From contig NW_026782196.1 of assembly GCF_031769215.1 (NCBI RefSeq), positions 744,001-808,000 of the forward strand: 64,000 nt of DNA, given 5' to 3'. A program made the position numbers and the translations under genes. The DNA comes from Ylistrum balloti. Its lineage: Eukaryota. The notes beneath the pieces are model-generated. The model did no database searches. It was not told where the DNA came from and saw only the letters and a list, made by a program, of their open reading frames with translations. Below, piece after piece: positions 57,096 through 64,000 of this stretch; the stretch's first letter is position 1; the number at the start of each line of letters is the position of its first letter.

Positions 57096-60000
57096 TTACC
57101 AGATACCATCTGACCTTCCGCCAGGTGGGTTTAGCGTACGTGTGGAGGACTTTCGAACCTGTTTGTCATCATATTGAGCACCTGTGAAAAGAGAAAAATG
57201 AAGACTCTGTGTAAATATGATTTGATTTCAATATCCCTGTCACCTCAGAAAGCTAAAATAATCCAAGATATTCCACAAACCATGCAGCGGTTTTACCATC
57301 CCTGTTAGTGTAGGTGTTATATCTGTTCCATTTCTTCAGTGAATTCAGTTTTGATGATTGGAAATTAAAGACAAACCAAGAATTACATATAGATTTTGTA
57401 ACCTAATTAAACACTCTCAATTTTAAACAGTTTTCAGTTCTGTTCTTCAGAAGCTTCAAATTTTTTATGTTTACTTTTAAAAATGTCACCAGGAAAAAAA
57501 TTATGTACCATTCAAAAATTTTTTGAAAAAGATTGTGTTCTTAAACTTTAACTCAAACCTAATCCTTATGCTTCAATAAATCTAAGACAGGTAAAACATA
57601 GTATATTGAGTGAAATTTATCCTCATCTTTTCTCAGGTTTTTGCAAACATCAGAGTTGAGGAGAAAATGCAATAAATCATGGAGAGGATTCCAATACATG
57701 TGATGTATGTTGTGACATTTAATATGTAATTGAAAACCTATATAAAATAATATAAAAATGGTTCAACATTTATACTTTAATTCACCAAAAGGTCAAAATC
57801 AAAGAAGTTGGAACAAATAAAGAAAGTACATCAAAGTATAAACTGATAGCCCACAAAGTTAGCGTTAACACTGTGTTAGTGGCTGCATTAGGTGTGGTAA
57901 CGTATAAAGACACAATTACATGACAAGCTCTCTACCTGCTAGTGTCCATTACACATCGCAGACATATCACAAAAAAGATTTCATATCCCAAACATTACCA
58001 AGATCAGATGGAACATTTTTGCTTTAACTTTATAATCAATGATGTCTGCCCGATTTTTTTACATGTATTTAAAATGCCAGCATAAGCCTTTTGCATGATA
58101 GCATGTCATATCACGTTTCACCAGTATCTGAATTTCATACCAAGCATTCTTAACCTGGACAGTTTTTAGAACACATTGATAGGTGTATGAATCACCCTAT
58201 ATACAAAACAGGGATAATGACATATACAATTTTCAGTGAAACATAGAAAGTCACTTTGAACTATTAAATACAGCATAGTATGATACCATGTGCTTTTCAC
58301 TTTTCAACTTTTCCTTATGTACTACTTTTTAAAATCAGATCTCACCGTGTGATATTATTCTCTAGAAAATTTATCCATAAGCTTTATACACAAGTACACT
58401 ACAAAAATTTGACCAAGATGAAGATACTTCCCTATTCAAGACAAAAATAAAACATGGAGAAAAATTTGCAGATTTTCCAATATAGAGCATTTAACAATGA
58501 CGCTGTCATACTGTGTCTTTAACGGAGCTCAGTGCACCTCTTGTGTAGTGGTTTTGTGAAGTGTGAGAGCCTTGGGGTTAGTAGCGTTCCGAGTAACTTA
58601 CAGGGATTTTCTTAATACAATGGTATATTTCAGAATCTTAATATATCGTTTCCAACTCATTTATCAGAAATACCTCAGAGATGTATCTTATTAAAAACAT
58701 TATTTATCAGAAATTTTGAAAAGAACACTTTAGACGGGCGGAAATTTGAGCTTTTCCCCTAACTCTATATTGATTACTTAATATCTCAATGATTTAATAT
58801 CACTACATTGATCACTCTAAAATGATCATATGATTTTTCATTTAACAACATTCGACCGCATTTTCTGGTGAAATCTTCAACATGTATTTGAATACAAGGT
58901 AGTGTGTATTCACTGGTAAAGTTCTGTCAATAAATTAGATAAGCTGGCGCAACACTATATAAAAATGTAACAGTACACACTAGACTATAAATAGATCAAA
59001 ATTCAAGGTCACATGGTTTGGAATCTTAATGAGTTGATCATCACTTTTTATTGGTGTTTAGTTCAATGTTAGTATATCTTACATTTTACATGCAGCAAGT
59101 TAGTAAAGTTTGACTAGGTCACTGTGATTGTAGTTGTGACTTGAATTTAACTTTTATTGAATATCAGTTTACGGTAAAACACTGACTTCATCAAATAACA
59201 CGATTTATAACAAGAGATATATTTAAATCAATGAATTCAGTCACATAAACTAAGATTAAAAAAAAAAATATTGGTTTTACAGAATTTATACAGATAATAG
59301 AAAAATTAGGATATTTATTTACATATTTATTTTCTAATTTACGTATAAGGGGAAAAGATTTAAAGAGATCATGTTCTGCTCAAACTAGATATAAGGATAG
59401 ATGTTGTGTGTTGATTGTAAATGAGTAGACCCCTGAGGTGCACTGAGCTTCCCTGATCTTACCACTGAGGCTAAAGCTAGAGTCATGAAGGTTTCTCCCA
59501 CCACTGCTGGTAGCTGGCCGACAGTGAGAGTTAAACTTGTCTGATCCTGCGTCGGCAGACAAGATTGGGTTGCTTGTCTTGGTGATGACCTCAGGCACAT
59601 TTCCGTCCACCTTTACAACTGGTCCATCATATCCTTCTCTCTCAACCTTACAAGGCTTACAGGTCTGTGAAAGGAAATTAAAAGAAATCAACTTTCTCTT
59701 TTTAAGTCATGAATGTATATTTTAACAGCACTGAAGTCAAACATGTAGAAAAGTGCTTTGTTTATGAATTATTTCCACTGAACTTTGAAAAGAAGGCATC
59801 TTCAAAACTTGAGTTCTATTTCAATTAACAATTCAAAAAGATAAGAGAGAGAAAAAAAAACCCACACATACGTGAAAAAAGGAAAACAAAGACAATGAAA
59901 ACACAGTAAGAAATAACTTTTTGAAAAATGTCATCAACGACTGCAATTTTAGAAATATATGTCAGACATGCAGTCATCATGGAAGTAATTGACAATGACT

Positions 60001-63000
60001 TCATGTTCTTTTTTAGCAAATGGAATATCAAAGAGTGTCAAGAACAATTGTTTACACATATGTCACAATACATACCCTCTCCCTTTCTCTGATTCGGCTA
60101 AATGCAATTTCTGAGTTACAAGGTGTTGGAATAAAACGTCCCATTCCCTGTGTTACCCGCAACTGAAAACACAAATTTTTAATGTATTCTGCCATATCAT
60201 ACTGCTCATCAGTGTCATTCATCAATTTAACAATAATTCTGATTTCCTGTAAAGAACGTAGCATAATTCTCTGACCAAGGTAATAACATCTCCCACCAGC
60301 TCTCTTTCAAAATACTTCTGTTAGGTGAGACAAAAGTAACCAAATGCTGTAATTACACACATAGCTTGATATTCAAGCAAGAAGTGGCTGAATCATAGAA
60401 CATCACAGTGATGTCCTTATTAGGAACCATACAGTCTGAAAAAGTGAAAACCTAAATATATTTTTGTAAGCTAATGTTTGAGGGTCTAATTTAGATTTTT
60501 TACATTTATTTCACAGGTTATACTCCAATAATATCTTTATAAAAACTAGAATTCACTGAAGGAAGACTACCCATGAACCCTACTAGTTGGTGATAATGTC
60601 CCCTGAACTCTGCTAGTTTGTGTTAAGATATGAAAGAAAGCAGTCTTACCTGTCCCTCGTCTAACACCACATGTCCGTTAGTGATAACATACTCGGGCAC
60701 ACCATGACATGTCATGCCCTCAAATATATTGAAGTCTACAGCCTGGTGGTGAGTCTTGGCAGAAATAGTCCTAGTCGCATTGGGGTTCCAGATTACAATA
60801 TCTGCATCAGATCCTACTGCAATACGGCCCTACAGAAACAATAAACAACTTTATCTTGTGTAAAAAATAGGAAATGTGTTACATTACCAAAACTTACTCT
60901 AACATAATTATTACCGCTGTTTACAGCAACTGTCTGGATTATTTTTATCTTAAGCAATTCTTTTTGAGAATGAAAATTTTATATGAAAAGAAATCTTTAT
61001 GCAATCATGTTTCATCTGGGTTTCTTCAATCATGTACTGATATTTCTATAAACTAGAAAATTCATCTTCCATTAAACTAGATTTGTGCCACTTCTTGTTA
61101 TATCTTTAGTGAATAGATGACAAAATGTTCTCCATCTGTATATAGTATACTTGCTCAGTCTATCCTTATGTACACTGAGATTTACTCTCTATTTTACTGT
61201 ACTAACTAATTGTCAGTACCACAGTGGGACTCCAGATATTTGAGTCCTGGACTCACAACAGTGGGACTCACCGAGATTCTGAAGACCTACAATATCTCTT
61301 AGTGTTGGGACTCATCAAAATTTTAGAAATAGTGTACTATACTTACCTGAAAAAATGTTTATGATAAACACATATCTTACCTTTTGAGGATAAATGTTGA
61401 AGATCTTGGCAGCATTGGTACTAGTTACAGCTACAAACCTACAGGGGTCCATCTTACCAGATGCCTGTAAAACATCACATATATAACTGTACAAATGTAC
61501 ATTTAATTAAGAACTACACTTGTTTGTGACAGTGTTGAGTAATGAAAGCAACATGTCACTGTTTCAAATCAATGTTTCCTTTATACAAGGGTATCTAGCT
61601 ATAGAAAAAGTAACCAGGTACCTACATGTAGTTTACAGTGTGTGGATTAATAGCATACTACTGTCACCATAATCTGGTAACAAGAATGCCACAGTGGTTT
61701 GATAACAAGAATGCCACAGCGACTTGGTAACAAGAATGCCACAGCGATTTGGTAACAAGAATGCCACAGTGGTTTGGTAACAAGAATGCCACAGTGGTTT
61801 GATAACAAGAATGCCACAGTGGTTTTATCACAAGAATGCCACAGTGGTTTGATAACAAGAATGCCACAATGGTTTGATAACAAGAATGCCACAGCGATTT
61901 GGTAACAAGAATGCCACAGTGGTTTTATGACAAGAATGCCACAGTGGTTTTATGACAAAAATGCCACAGTGGTTTGATAACAAGAATGCCACAGTCGTTT
62001 GATAACAAGAATGCCACAGCTATTTGGTAATACCAAGTAAGTTAACACTAAATCCATTTTCATACACTTAAACTGGAAAATAATTTTGGTAACAGAAAAC
62101 CAACAGACTGTAGGAAGCTGTTAGTCTATCACAGTACTTACAAGCCCTTCTCCTACCGACATTTTTAAACCCATATCAACAGATTGTAGGAAGCTGTTAG
62201 TCTATCACAGTACTTACAACGCCCTTCTCCTACATGACTGACATTCTTAAACCCATACCAACAGACTGTAGGAAGCTGTTAGTCTATCACAGTACTTACA
62301 ACGCCCTTCTCTTACATGACAGATATTCTTAAACCCATACCAACAGACTGTAGGAAGCTGTTAGTCTATCACAGTACTTACAACGCCCTTCTCTTACATG
62401 ACAGATATTCTTAAACCCATACCAACAGACTGTAGGAAGCTGTTAGTCTATCACAGTACTTACAACGCCCTTCTCCTACATGACTGACATTCTTAAACCC
62501 ATACCAACAGACTGTAGGAAGCTGTTAGTCTATCACAGTACTTACAACGCCCTTCTCCTACATGACTGACATTCTTAAACCCATACCAACAGACTGTAGG
62601 AAGCTGTTAGTCTATCACAGTACTTACAACGCCCTTCTCCTACATGACTGACATTCTTAAACCCATACCAACAGACTGTAGGAAGCTGTTAGTCTATCAC
62701 AGTACTTACAACGCCCTTCTCCTACTGACATTCTTAAACCCATATCAACAGACTGTAGGAAGCTGTTAGTCTTTCACAGTACTTACAACGCCCTTCTCCC
62801 AGATGACGGACATTCTGTCCTCTACACCATTCACACCATTAGGGATCTTTCTAAAATCGTCCTTGCCCAATGCCTTCTGGTCAGCATTAAATGTACAGTT
62901 ATCTGTTCCGGTCACTTGAAGGTCGTTACTGAAAGGCAGTCACACTTAATTAAAGCACTACTTTTCAGCATCAATTACAGTTCCAGTATCAGTAATATAT

Positions 63001-63501
63001 AACGATATACAATGACTACAGTTAGATAATAATCAAGTGTAAATATGTAGGATAATATAAGCATCAAATAGACTGTAGATATAAATTAAAACATAAGATA
63101 TACATCCGTGGAAATGTGTATTGAATAAATTTCACTTGTTGAACAGATAGATTACAATCTTACTTTCAAATAACTACGTCTTGCTTCTTTTTTGCAAGCA
63201 GGTTCCAGGAGATTAACAGGACTATGAATTAACCTGAAATTCTAACCAGCCTTACAGAATTTTAAATATTCACTCAGTGCTAATATTTGACAGATAACAT
63301 GGGGTCATCTCAGGTATTAATTATAGCCCCTGTTCTTAACCTACTTTGCTAGCAAGTCCATCAAATACCCTGGTGTGGTTGGATCTGGTCTAAGGGGTGG
63401 GCCCATCACATGCCCTGCCCCGTGTCTCCAACACTTGTTCCAGTAGTGAGTCCCATCTGTACCTAGACTAGCAGCGATGGGTTCCCCGAACACAACATTA
63501 C
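57096..63501 (-). CDS. DPYS: Dihydropyrimidinase / CRMP-family protein, last 7 coding exons; 5' part lies beyond the window
   Basis: Exons 63501-63345, 62928-62787, 61464-61381, 60829-60650, 60162-60076, 59664-59463, 57181-57096. [21 protein letters not shown]; [10 protein letters not shown]; [45 protein letters not shown]; [33 protein letters not shown]; ends [11 protein letters not shown]. Confidence 0.93.
61670..62035. repeat. 25-bp minisatellite, about 14 copies
   Basis: Unit TAACAAGAATGCCACAGTGGTTTGA with variants. Confidence 0.92.
62100..62800. repeat. 82-bp minisatellite spanning a DPYS exon/intron boundary, 9 donor-containing blocks
   Basis: Unit ACAGACTGTAGGAAGCTGTTAGTCTATCACAGTACTTACAACGCCCTTCTCCTACATGACTGACATTCTTAAACCCATACCA; block starts at about 62103, 62179, 62261, 62343, 62425, 62507, 62589, 62671, 62748. 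Confidence 0.95.
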
Positions 63502-63819
63502 CTGGAACAGTTACAACTCTTTGTAAACACAACCATGTTATATATTATGGTATATTACTGGTAATGTAGTATAAAGGCATGCTATGTATTGTAGATTTTC
63601 CAACTTACATAAATTTCTTGCTTGATGGAAAATTGTTAAAATACAGATTCAGTAACCAAAAGGCTTGGAATATTACAATTAAGCAATTTGACAATGTCTT
63701 GAATTTATACCACATTGTTAACATTATGTTCTGGTACCACAGGGCAGAACAACAATCATTTTTACTGTAAAAATCATTAAATTTTATGGGTTGTTTTCAT
63801 TGATTAAGTGGGTACTCTT

Positions 63820-64000
63820 TATCCATGAACTGTTAGAATCAGTGAACTGTTAGAATAAGTGTAAGTATTGTGATGTCTTTATCCATGAACTGTTAGAATA
63901 AGTGTAAATATTGTGCTGTCTTCATCCATGAACTGTTAGAATAAGTGTAAGTATTGTGATGTCTTCATCCATGAACTGTTAGAATAAGTGTAAGTATTGT
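63820..64000. repeat. 43-bp tandem repeat running off the window end
   Basis: ATCCATGAACTGTTAGAATAAGTGTAAGTATTGTGATGTCTT(C/T) recurring at 63881, 63924, 63967. Confidence 0.85.

Overview
AT-rich eukaryotic genomic DNA with spliced genes. The repeat landscape suggests an invertebrate, probably a bivalve mollusc (inference only). Exons were reconstructed by hand from GT/AG sites and phase continuity, so coordinates may be off by a few bases. Genes in order: 3' end of an ORP5/8-type oxysterol-binding protein (OSBPL8-like, +); a phosducin-like PhLP3/Plp1 thioredoxin-fold gene (-) head-to-head with an F-box/LRR gene (+); a 9-exon ACOT/BAAT-family enzyme (-); METTL1 (-) head-to-head with single-coding-exon MFSD5 (+); and the 3' part of a dihydropyrimidinase/CRMP gene (-). 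Between and within them lie a decayed DIRS-type tyrosine recombinase split by a solo LTR, CR1-like and L1-like LINE fragments, non-autonomous dispersed repeats and at least 12 minisatellites. The long ORFs at 40.9-42.8 kb are minisatellite artefacts. Best leads: (1) the ACOT-family enzyme has the BAAT-type S-x-C-x-G cysteine nucleophile plus a predicted mitochondrial presequence and no PTS1; (2) an 82-bp minisatellite has multiplied the dihydropyrimidinase splice donor; (3) the recombinase carries both a TSD-flanked solo LTR and a minisatellite built from its own codons.
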